Shown here: positions 8,376-16,859 of the stretch, piece by piece
Layout of the letters: the number at the start of each line of letters is the position of its first letter
Position numbering within the stretch: position 1 is the first letter of the stretch
Assembly: GCA_913020725.1 (NCBI GenBank)
Contig: CAJWCD010000065.1
Coordinates: 1 to 20,372, forward strand
Length of the DNA stretch: 20,372 nt
Source: an uncultured Pseudomonadota bacterium
GTDB taxonomy: Bacteria > SAR324 > NAC60-12
Direction of reading: 5' to 3'
Translations under genes and position numbers: made by a program
The notes under the pieces: model-generated
Seen by the model: only the letters and a program-made list of their open reading frames with translations
What the model was told of the DNA's origin: nothing
The model's database searches: none

Positions 8376-8557
8376 CTCATCTCATCTCCTGTTTGTGAAC
8401 ATTGGGAAGTTTTCCCCGATTGCCTTGCGAGGACAAGACGAATCCACAGCCCGGTGGTGATTTGCGGCCAAGCCTGAGCTAGAATTGTAGTTTACTTCAT
8501 GGTTGCACGAATCTTGAAACGGTTTTTTTAGCTCACCTTTTCACGAGAAAAAGAAAA

Positions 8558-8986
8558 ATGCGACAATTGACACGAGGGCTACTCGTCGGCTTGATGCTCG
8601 GCGTGGCCGTGCTGGGATCGGTAGGGGAATCCCAAGCGCAACAACTCAAAACGGTACTCGTTGATGGCCTCTGGGGTTCTGCAATTGGAGGGCTGACTGG
8701 ATTGGCCATGTGGGCCTTGCAGGAAAAGGACGGCACAGAAAAACTGGGCAAAGGCTACATCCTGCGGGGTGCTGCCTTGGGAGTGTTTGCCGGGGTGGCT
8801 TACGGATTTTGGGATGCGCAGCAAGGCGATGCCTTCAGCCAGCACACGCCCAAGGGCTTGCTGCACTGGAACCACGGCGCTCAACAGCTTGCCTTGCGGC
8901 CTGCACAGTTGGCTCCGGAATGGTCTGTCGATGCGGATTCTGGAGTGTCCCAGTATCAGTTTCGAATCTTCACCGCCGAGTTCTGA
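8558..8986 (+). CDS. Exported/membrane hypothetical protein with glycine-zipper helices
   Basis: Signal peptide ending SQA; GLWGSAIGGLTGLA and GAALGVFAGVAYG GxxxG helices; C-terminal YQFRIFTAEF. Confidence 0.7.
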   Translation: MRQLTRGLLVGLMLGVAVLGSVGESQAQQLKTVLVDGLWGSAIGGLTGLAMWALQEKDGTEKLGKGYILRGAALGVFAGVAYGFWDAQQGDAFSQHTPKGLLHWNHGAQQLALRPAQLAPEWSVDADSGVSQYQFRIFTAEF

Positions 8987-9102
8987 CCGTCATCAGCGGC
9001 AAAGCATTGTCGCAGGCGATCCGGTTGCACAACTTCATCCATGCGGCCTAAGCTTGTCGGAATCTAACATGTTTCATTCTTCCTTAAAACCGGACTCGGC
9101 CC

Positions 9103-10008
9103 ATGCCCGACCGGCCCCTTGTCTTGCAGGATGCGCTGCTTTCCAGTCCGGATGGGTTGGTGCAGCAACAGAACCGTCTCTGGTTCCACTTCCAGAAATA
9201 TCCTTGGAGTCTTGACTCTCCAGACACAAACCCAAGCTCCGGGGATCACCAGCGGCTCCTGCAGCAGCGACTCGTGAAAGGACTGCCAAACCCCAAGTTG
9301 GCCCAGCACCTCTCTGGTGCTTTTCATCTCGGACTCAGCCCTCACATCCACAGCTACTACCACCTGCTCACCGACTTGCTCCCACACCTACTTGCCCCCC
9401 CTCGGTATCCGGTTCTTGTTCCGGAAGGTTGGCCTCAAACCTTTGCGGATTTTCTGTGCGATGCGGGATTTGAGCTGAAACCTCTGTCTCCGGGAGTTTT
9501 CCGTGTGGACAAGTTGTGGATACCGGCAATGGGTCCTCCGGACTGGACTTCGGAGAAACGACAAGCGCTGCTCGCGTTTTTCGCAAAAGCAGTACCGAAG
9601 ACTGAAAACCACTCACCCCGAAAACTTTACCTCTCTCGGAGCAACGCCAAGCGGCGACATTTAGTGAACGAGATAGAACTGCTGCCGCTGCTTCAGCAGC
9701 ATGGCTATGAACTGGTGACCGCCGAAACCCTCACGATTCCCGAACAAGTGCAGCTCTTCCGGGAAGCCACGCATCTCGTGGCCCCACACGGAGCCGGGCT
9801 GGTCAACGGATTGTTCATGCCCCGCTTTGCACGGATCCTTGAAATTCGTCCAGTTCCGGAAAGCGGCGCGGGTTGCTTCGATGCACTCTTCCAGCTTGGT
9901 TGGCCCGGACACGAGGTCTTGGTGCCTCCCGATTCAGGACGGTTTGCACTTCCCCCCAAACAACTGTCTGCCGTGCTGGAGCGCTGGCGGCGAGAAGAAG
10001 CGCCATGA
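9103..10008 (+). CDS. Glycosyltransferase family 61 (DUF563) protein
   Basis: YYHLLTDLLP, RKLYLSRS.A.RRHLVNE.EL, E.LTIPEQVQLFREA..LVAPHGAGLVN..F...A.ILEI. Confidence 0.85.
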   Translation: MPDRPLVLQDALLSSPDGLVQQQNRLWFHFQKYPWSLDSPDTNPSSGDHQRLLQQRLVKGLPNPKLAQHLSGAFHLGLSPHIHSYYHLLTDLLPHLLAPPRYPVLVPEGWPQTFADFLCDAGFELKPLSPGVFRVDKLWIPAMGPPDWTSEKRQALLAFFAKAVPKTENHSPRKLYLSRSNAKRRHLVNEIELLPLLQQHGYELVTAETLTIPEQVQLFREATHLVAPHGAGLVNGLFMPRFARILEIRPVPESGAGCFDALFQLGWPGHEVLVPPDSGRFALPPKQLSAVLERWRREEAP

Positions 10009-10982
10009 ACAGAATCTTGCTCTTTCTGTTGCCCCCGGCTCTGCTGTGCTTTGGGACCGTCGGCTATGTCCTAGTCGAAGATTGGAACTGGCTGGATGCC
10101 TTTTACATGACGGTCATCACCATCTCGACGGTCGGCTATGGCGAGATTCATCCCCTGAGTGAAAGCGGGCAGACGTTCACCGTCGTGCTGATCTTCCTAA
10201 GTTTCGGCACTTTTGCCTACAGTGTTGCCGCGCTCACGAGGTTTGTTCTCGAAGGCGGTTTTTCCCAATCCTTCCGGAGATTTCGCATGGAACACGCCAT
10301 CGGTCAACTCAGTGGGCATGTCATCGTCTGCGGTCTGGGCCGCAAGGGACAGGCGGTGTGCCGACAGCTTCACAGCCACGGAGTCCCCTTCCTCGTCGTC
10401 GAACACCAGGAAGCAACCCTTGCTGAATTACAGCACCTTGGCTACTTGCAGATGCAGGGCAATGTCACCGATGACGACTTCCTTCGGCAAGGCCGGATTG
10501 AACACGCACGGAGCTTGATCGCCCTGCTTGGCAATGATGCGGAGAATGTCTTCCTGATCCTCTCCGCCCGGCAGCTCAACTCGGACCTTGACATCATCGC
10601 TTGGGGGTCCACTCCGGAGATGGAGAGCAAGCTCCGGCATGCTGGCGCCAACCGCGTGCTTTCTCCCTTTGAGCTTGGTGGATTCCGGGTGGTCCACACG
10701 CTGCTGCGTCCGAATGTGGTGGATTTTTTCCAGTGGGCACTGGATTGCGACAATGAGGATTTAGCATTGGAACAGTTCGAGGTGCCGGAACGCGCCACCA
10801 TCTCCAACAAGACCTTGAGCGAACTCGAACTGAGCAGCAGTCTCAACATTCTTGGGCTGGTGCGGGGTGAGGAACGCTTTTTCAACCTCACGGGTTCCAG
10901 CCAGTTTGAGGCGGGCGACATCCTCATCGTGCTGGGACCACGCCAAGAACTGAACCGCCTGGGAAATATCTTAGCGGCTTAG
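10005..10982 (+). CDS. Potassium channel with RCK (TrkA-N/TrkA-C) domains
   Basis: 2 TM segments and pore DAFYMTVITISTVGYGEI; HVIVCGLGRKG nucleotide-binding RCK motif; ATG 10005 overlaps the GT61 stop (ATGA). Confidence 0.93.
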   Translation: MNRILLFLLPPALLCFGTVGYVLVEDWNWLDAFYMTVITISTVGYGEIHPLSESGQTFTVVLIFLSFGTFAYSVAALTRFVLEGGFSQSFRRFRMEHAIGQLSGHVIVCGLGRKGQAVCRQLHSHGVPFLVVEHQEATLAELQHLGYLQMQGNVTDDDFLRQGRIEHARSLIALLGNDAENVFLILSARQLNSDLDIIAWGSTPEMESKLRHAGANRVLSPFELGGFRVVHTLLRPNVVDFFQWALDCDNEDLALEQFEVPERATISNKTLSELELSSSLNILGLVRGEERFFNLTGSSQFEAGDILIVLGPRQELNRLGNILAA

Positions 10983-13375
10983 CCCTGTGGCTTGGGCAGC
11001 AGAGGAGAAGGATTGCCACAGTGAAGCAGCCAAAGCTGGTGGGCGGCGCGAGTCACAGCCACATAGAGCAGGTGACGTGAACGCAGGTCAGAGGGGTAGG
11101 TTTGTGCATCAGCATCCGCCACCACGACATAATCGAATTCCAGTCCCTTCGTCTGGGCCACGTCCGTGACTTCGATCCCGGGCGTGAACGGAAATTCCTG
11201 ATCGCGGATGCGCCGCAGGTTGTAAACATCCGCCCGCACCAATCCCTCGTGGATCGCGTTGGCGGTTTCCGGATGCCGCGTCAGGACCGCAACACTGGCA
11301 TGAGGCTCCCGGATGGACAAGCTCTCCAGCGCTTCCACAAGAAACATGACCAGCGCGCCGGGTTCCTGAAACACGAACTGCCCGATCGGCGCCCCGTGCC
11401 GAGTCGCCTCCCAGTCCTGATTCACGCTGTACTCGCCAATCACCGCTCTGGCGAGTTCCATGACCTCGTGGGTGGAGCGGTAGCCAATACGGAGGGGTTC
11501 CAGTTCCGTGACGTTCTGTTCCAAAGCTCCCAGCGCCTCGGTCCAGTTCTGGTGCCGCCGACCCGCCATGATGCGCTGATCCATGTCGCCCGCCAGCGTC
11601 ACGCTCGGACGTTTGGGCGGCGTCAGGTTCAGCAGCAGCTTGAACTCGGTGGGGCTGAAATCCTGTGCCTCGTCCACAAGCAGGTGGCGGTACTGGAGCA
11701 ATTTGCCCTGCTTGCGTCGAAGCGGGCCAATCGCCATTTGGTAAAGCAACAGCAACAAAGTGTCGTCCTCCTCGTCGAGCATGGGCTGCTCTTCCTGAAA
11801 GCGTAGCTGCGGGGCAACTTGCTCCTGCTCGGCTTCCTGCTGCAAGCGTTTCCATGCAAAATCGTTGCGCATCCGTTCAGCTTCGAGACGTTTGTGGTAC
11901 TGCCGATTCGCCCACGCCCAAACACTCTCCAGTTCCCCCTCGGAGAACTCTCCGGGAGCAAACCGTTGGGCGGCGCTGACGAGTGTTTCTTTCCGGATCA
12001 GGCAGTCGTCCCACACCTGAATCACGAACTGCTCCGGTGCTTCCTCTAATTCCGGGATCAACTCCTCCACCAGCTTTTCCCAACACCGCAGCACCGCAGG
12101 TGTTTGTGCCGCCTGCAGTTTTCCAATCCGGTCTCGCCCCTGAATCCACCGTCCGAGGTGCTGCATCCTCGGCACCCACAGCGTTCCCTCCAACTGCTCC
12201 CACGCTTTCAGCACCACCTGCCCCTCGCTGATTCCGGAAAAGTGATGCTCCAGTTCCTCTCCAAAGTCCTGAACTCGACTCGCTACTTCTTCCGCAAACC
12301 AGTGCAGGACAAAGGCGTGGCGTTTCAACTCAATCGCCGCGACCGGAGTGTTTTCTGTATAAACCCTGGGCAGTTTTTGGAAGAGACGTTGACGCTGCCG
12401 CGACACCCATTGCTGATAAATTTTCGCAGGAACGTCCTCCACCCCCAACGAAGGCAGCACTTTGGAAATGTAGTTCGCTAGTGCCGGGCCAAACACGACA
12501 GGCATCACCGAGTTCGTGAAAAAATATCCCGGTTGTTTAGACATCAGGTAGGCGAGCCGATGCAACGCCACCGTCGTTTTTCCTGATCCCGCCCCGCCTT
12601 GAATGAGCAGGATTCCAGATTCCGGATGCGTGATCGCCTCAAACTGTTGGGGGTCAATCAGGGCCGTGATTTCCTGAAGGTGCTTGTCCGCTTGATACCC
12701 AAGCGTGGCCGATCCGGTGCCAAATTGATCTGCGGCTGTTGCGTAATCCGGACGCATGGCCACTCCACCACCGCCCTCCAATTGAGGTAGATTTACCTCC
12801 GAGCGCTCCCACTTGGAACCGTTCCAGAGAAAAACGCCTTCCGCCGTCACCACCTGAGTCAGTTGCCCCTCGTTGATCCGCAGGACGCGACGCAGCAGCA
12901 CCTCGCCTTCAACCTCCCGCTCGCCGATTTGCTCCACATACTCGTCCCCTTCACGGTAGCGGTAGAAGACCTTGCTGATGGGCGCGTTTTTCCAGTCAAT
13001 GATCGGGCAGGGCAGGTGCCGGGAAAGGCTGTGGTGACTGCCCAGCAGCAGGTCGCGCACCCGTCCATTTTCGCGGATTCGCATGTGGGCGAAGTAGGGG
13101 GCGTTCACGTCCGGCAACGGGGTTTTCCGGAACTTGTCCTGCTGGTGCGTGATCAGGATGAGCCGCTCCATTTGTGCCATGATCGCAGGAACATCCTGCC
13201 TCTGTGCTTCCCCCAGAGAATCGCGCAGCTCGATGATGTCGTGATATAAATTGGCAGAATCCTCTTCTGCCGTCAGCGTCAGCAGGCCCTGCTGCACCTT
13301 ACGGAGCAGTGACAGTTCTTCGTCTAGAACCGATTGTAATTCTGGAGCTAAGGAGGCGGACAATGAATCTTTCAC
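10979..13375 (-). CDS. helD: HelD-family SF1 helicase-like RNA polymerase recycling ATPase
   Basis: N-terminal coiled region then PYFAHMRI, IIDWKNAPISKVFY, LRRVLRI; ITALIDPQQFEAI, IQGGAGSGKTTVALHRLAYL, LVDEAQDFS, LAGDMDQ, YRST, TKGLEFD, LYVAVTRA. Start uncertain (GTG 13375, TTG 13363 or the track's 13438). Confidence 0.78.
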   Translation of the reverse strand: MKDSLSASLAPELQSVLDEELSLLRKVQQGLLTLTAEEDSANLYHDIIELRDSLGEAQRQDVPAIMAQMERLILITHQQDKFRKTPLPDVNAPYFAHMRIRENGRVRDLLLGSHHSLSRHLPCPIIDWKNAPISKVFYRYREGDEYVEQIGEREVEGEVLLRRVLRINEGQLTQVVTAEGVFLWNGSKWERSEVNLPQLEGGGGVAMRPDYATAADQFGTGSATLGYQADKHLQEITALIDPQQFEAITHPESGILLIQGGAGSGKTTVALHRLAYLMSKQPGYFFTNSVMPVVFGPALANYISKVLPSLGVEDVPAKIYQQWVSRQRQRLFQKLPRVYTENTPVAAIELKRHAFVLHWFAEEVASRVQDFGEELEHHFSGISEGQVVLKAWEQLEGTLWVPRMQHLGRWIQGRDRIGKLQAAQTPAVLRCWEKLVEELIPELEEAPEQFVIQVWDDCLIRKETLVSAAQRFAPGEFSEGELESVWAWANRQYHKRLEAERMRNDFAWKRLQQEAEQEQVAPQLRFQEEQPMLDEEDDTLLLLLYQMAIGPLRRKQGKLLQYRHLLVDEAQDFSPTEFKLLLNLTPPKRPSVTLAGDMDQRIMAGRRHQNWTEALGALEQNVTELEPLRIGYRSTHEVMELARAVIGEYSVNQDWEATRHGAPIGQFVFQEPGALVMFLVEALESLSIREPHASVAVLTRHPETANAIHEGLVRADVYNLRRIRDQEFPFTPGIEVTDVAQTKGLEFDYVVVADADAQTYPSDLRSRHLLYVAVTRAAHQLWLLHCGNPSPLLPKPQG

Positions 13376-13489
13376 TAAAGGAAGTGCATGAGAAAAAAAT
13401 GAACCCAATATGATAGCCCATGGTCCCAAACGCCACAAGCAGAACTGGCAGGCTGGGCTGGGAATGCCCCGTTAGCACTGGGGAGGCTC

Positions 13490-13561
13490 CAACTCATCCA
13501 GAGAATACGGCACGAGCGGCACCGGACTTTCCCCATGTCCACGCAGGTCGTAGGACACGAA
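13490..13561 (-). pseudogene. Remnant of an alpha/beta-hydrolase gene (3-oxoadipate enol-lactonase-like)
   Basis: 24 codons FVSYDLRGHGESPVPLVPYSLDEL match the D-x-R-G-H-G-x-S…PYSxDxL segment; flanking sequence is not hydrolase-like and a stop follows within 6 codons. Confidence 0.65.
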
Positions 13562-13655
13562 AGTAGACCCTATCGGTAATAGAACCACCTGTGCTACACT
13601 GGGTAGGCACGACCAACACAGGAAGCCCCAATGATCAGCCACGCCAAGATTTCCC

Positions 13656-13861
13656 GCCACCAATCCACTGCTTCGCAGCTTCCGCCCCATCACACCGGGG
13701 TTTCTCCTGCCCATTCTCGTGCCGCTCTATGTCGCGTGGTTCTTCTACATGCTCCGTTTTACATGATGCCGTGGTTCTTGGGGTATTCCGTGATGGGCAT
13801 GCTCTCCTTCCCGCGCGAAGGCGAGATCGCCAGAGCCATCTACAAAGCGTTTTCTCCCTAG
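13656..13861 (+). pseudogene. 5'-truncated, frameshifted membrane protein gene remnant (YggT-like)
   Basis: Frame A: ATNPLLRSFRPITPGFLLPILVPLYVAWFFYMLRF then ACA TGA; frame B from 13760: YMMPWFLGYSVMGMLSFPREGEIARAIYKAFSP*. Adding one T to the TTTT at 13757-13760 joins them. No in-frame start upstream (TGA at 13632). Confidence 0.55.
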
Positions 13862-14002
13862 AGAAGCACTGGCATCTGGCCAAAGTGTGTGGTATTCCTT
13901 AACCCTGTCCAGCTTCTCAACCGCTTGCTGGAATGCAAGAATCGCAATTTAAGTTGCAATTTTTCACAAATCCGCTAATTTAGACAAGACTGGAGATGAG
14001 CC

Positions 14003-15937
14003 ATGAGTGAAGACACGATCCTAGAGGTTGCCAAGTCCTATCAAGGCAAGGCGTATCTAGACAACGACGCCTACCTGAAGTTGTACGAGGAGTCCATCCG
14101 GGATCCGGAGGGTTTCTGGGGGCGGCAGGCGGATCGCCTCGACTGGTCCCGGAAGTGGGACCGGGTGCTGGACTGGGATTACCACAAAGCGTACATCCGC
14201 TGGTTTGAGGGCGCCAAGCTGAATGTCTCCGCCAACTGTCTGGACCGCCATCTAGAAAAGCGCGGCGATCAAGTGGCCATCATCTGGGAGTCCGACGATC
14301 CGGGCGAGGATCGCAAGCTCACCTACCGCCAGCTTCATACTGAGGTCTGCAAGTTCGCCAATGTCCTCAAGGCGCAGGGTGTGAACAAGGGTGACCGGGT
14401 GTGCATTTACATGCCAATGGTTCCGGAAGCCGCCGTAGCGATGCTGGCCTGCACCCGTATTGGCGCGATCCACTCGGTGGTCTTCGGTGGTTTCTCTCCG
14501 GAAGCCCTCAAGGACCGCATCAACGATTCCGAGTGCTGTGTACTGATCACAGCCGATCAGAGCATCCGGGGCGGCAAGAAGGTTCCGCTCAAGACCAACG
14601 CCGATAAGGCGTGCGAATCCACGCCGAGCATTCAGAAAATGATTGTGGTGCAACGCGGCGGTGCTCCCGTAGAATGGCAGGAGGGCCGAGACGTTTGGTA
14701 TCACGAGGCCATGGCCAGTGCCTCCGCAGATTGCCCTGCCGAAGCAATGGATGCTGAGGATCCGCTCTTCATCCTCTACACCTCCGGGTCCACCGGAAAA
14801 CCCAAGGGCGTGTTGCACACCACCGCCGGGTATCTGCTCTACACCGCCATCACCCACCAGTACGTTTTCGACTACAAGGACGGTGACATCTACTGGTGCA
14901 CCGCAGATGTTGGCTGGGTCACGGGTCACAGCTACATCGTCTATGGGCCACTTGCCAACGGTGCGACTACGCTAATGTTCGAGGGCGTTCCAAACTATCC
15001 GGACTTCGGACGTTTCTGGGATGTGTGCGACAAGCATCAGGTCAACATCTTCTACACGGCTCCGACTGCGATCCGGGCGATTGCGAAGGAAGGTGACGCG
15101 TTAGTCAACAAGCGTGACCTCAGCAGCTTGCGGTTGCTGGGCACCGTGGGCGAACCGATCAATCCGGAAGCGTGGATGTGGTACCACCGGGTGGTCGGCA
15201 AGGAACGCTGCCCCATTGTGGACACTTGGTGGCAGACGGAAACGGGTGGCATCCTCATCACACCACTTCCGGGCGCAACCCGACTCAAGCCAGGATCGGT
15301 GACGCGACCGTTCTTCGGAGTACAGCCGATGCTGGTGGATGAGAATGGCAAGGAACTGGAAGGCGCAGCCTCCGGAAATCTTTGCATCAAGCATCCGTGG
15401 CCCGGACAGATGCGTTCGATTTATGGCGACCATGAGCGCTTCTTCCAGACCTATTTCAGCACCTACAAGGGGTACTACTTCACTGGCGATGGTTGCCGAC
15501 GTGACGAAGACGGCTATTACTGGATCACCGGGCGGGTGGATGATGTCTTGAACGTCTCCGGACACCGCATGGGCACAGCGGAAATCGAGTCCGCGCTGGT
15601 GCTGCACGAAAATGTGGCCGAGGCTGCCGTTGTCGGCTGTCCACACGAAATCAAGGGACAAGGCATCTACGCGTATGTCACCCTGAATTCGGGGGTGGAA
15701 GCCACTGAGGATTTGAGGAAAGGGTTGATTCAACTCGTCCGCACGGAGATTGGCCCAATCGCAACGATTGACATTCTCCAGTGGGCACCGGGCTTGCCGA
15801 AGACGCGCTCCGGAAAGATCATGCGCCGCATTCTGCGCAAGATCGCCGAGAACGAGTTGAGCAACCTAGGCGACACCTCCACGCTGGCGGATCCGTCGGT
15901 CGTGGAGGATTTAGTGGCCAACCGTCCCGCCGTCTGA
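14003..15937 (+). CDS. acs: Acetyl-CoA synthetase (acetate--CoA ligase)
   Basis: [76 protein letters not shown]; 644 aa. Confidence 0.97.
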   Translation: MSEDTILEVAKSYQGKAYLDNDAYLKLYEESIRDPEGFWGRQADRLDWSRKWDRVLDWDYHKAYIRWFEGAKLNVSANCLDRHLEKRGDQVAIIWESDDPGEDRKLTYRQLHTEVCKFANVLKAQGVNKGDRVCIYMPMVPEAAVAMLACTRIGAIHSVVFGGFSPEALKDRINDSECCVLITADQSIRGGKKVPLKTNADKACESTPSIQKMIVVQRGGAPVEWQEGRDVWYHEAMASASADCPAEAMDAEDPLFILYTSGSTGKPKGVLHTTAGYLLYTAITHQYVFDYKDGDIYWCTADVGWVTGHSYIVYGPLANGATTLMFEGVPNYPDFGRFWDVCDKHQVNIFYTAPTAIRAIAKEGDALVNKRDLSSLRLLGTVGEPINPEAWMWYHRVVGKERCPIVDTWWQTETGGILITPLPGATRLKPGSVTRPFFGVQPMLVDENGKELEGAASGNLCIKHPWPGQMRSIYGDHERFFQTYFSTYKGYYFTGDGCRRDEDGYYWITGRVDDVLNVSGHRMGTAEIESALVLHENVAEAAVVGCPHEIKGQGIYAYVTLNSGVEATEDLRKGLIQLVRTEIGPIATIDILQWAPGLPKTRSGKIMRRILRKIAENELSNLGDTSTLADPSVVEDLVANRPAV

Positions 15938-15952
15938 ACCGACACCCTCCTT

Positions 15953-15983
15953 AACCCCCGGATGTTTTCCGGGGGTTGGTTTT
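15953..15983 (+). terminator. Probable intrinsic terminator after acs
   Basis: AACCCCCGGA-TGTTT-TCCGGGGGTT 10-bp stem followed by GGTTTT. Confidence 0.65.
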
Positions 15984-16067
15984 CCGAAACCATCTTCAAT
16001 TTCAGTCATCTCCTGAGTGATCCGGAGCAGTATTTTTTCTTTCACCCAAACCAAACAAGGAACACAA

Positions 16068-16826
16068 ATGAATATCAAGGATAAAGTCATTGTCATCACT
16101 GGCGGGGGACGAGGACTCGGCAAGGCGTTCGCCCTAGATTTGGCCGATCGTGGTGCAAAGCTGGCATTGGCAGATGTGGATCAGGAAAATCTAGAACGCG
16201 TCAAGAACGCGTGCGAAGCCAATGGTGCAGAAGCACGGACTTATGTTGTGAACGTCACCAATGAAACTCAGGTGGTGCAGTTCTTTGATGATGTGGTTGC
16301 AGATTTCGGCACGGTGGATGGCCTCATCAACAATGCGGGCATCACCCGGGACGGTCTGCTTGTGCGACGCAAGGAAGGCAAGACCTCCAAAATGTCGCTG
16401 GAGAATTGGCAGCAAGTGATTGACGTCAACTTGACCGGAAGTTTCCTCTGCGGACGCGAGTTTTTCGCCAAACTCATCGAGCAGGAAAAGCCGGGGGTGT
16501 GCATCAACATTTCCAGCCTTTCACGCTCCGGCAACATGGGCCAGAGCAACTACACCGCCACCAAGGCTGGAATCGCAGAAATGACCGTGACTTGGGCCAA
16601 GGAGCTTTCACGCTACGGCATCCGAGTTGGCGCCATCGCCCCAGGTTACATCAACACCGAAATGGTTGCAGCGATTCGTGAGGACGTGAAGCAGAAAATC
16701 ATTGACCAAGTGCCACTCAAGCGACTCGGCAATCCCAGTGAGATCAGCCACACAGCAGTCTACATTCTCGAAAACGATTACTTCACTGGGCGCGTCATCG
16801 AGTGCGATGGCGGCTTGCGCATCTAA
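16068..16826 (+). CDS. fabG: FabG-like 3-oxoacyl-(CoA/ACP) reductase, probable PhaB-role SDR
   Basis: AAGGAA RBS, ATG 16068; TGGGRGLG, NNAGITRDG, NISS, GQSNYTATKAG, APGYINTEM, GRVIECDGGLRI. Confidence 0.8.
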   Translation: MNIKDKVIVITGGGRGLGKAFALDLADRGAKLALADVDQENLERVKNACEANGAEARTYVVNVTNETQVVQFFDDVVADFGTVDGLINNAGITRDGLLVRRKEGKTSKMSLENWQQVIDVNLTGSFLCGREFFAKLIEQEKPGVCINISSLSRSGNMGQSNYTATKAGIAEMTVTWAKELSRYGIRVGAIAPGYINTEMVAAIREDVKQKIIDQVPLKRLGNPSEISHTAVYILENDYFTGRVIECDGGLRI

Positions 16827-16859
16827 CCGTCCCCTTACCCCCAACCGGAGTTTCCAAGC

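Noticed and set aside
9873..10004. Extended start of the K+ channel ORF
   Set aside because: It overlaps the GT61 gene; the ATGA-coupled ATG at 10005 gives a normal channel N-terminus.
13376..13630. Rifamycin-associated element or riboswitch upstream of helD
   Set aside because: No convincing palindrome or known RNA motif seen; part of the region is better explained as a hydrolase remnant.
13472..13902. Track ORFs of 76-103 aa in the helD-acs gap as intact genes
   Set aside because: They overlap each other and only sub-segments look protein-like; interpreted as pseudogene fragments.
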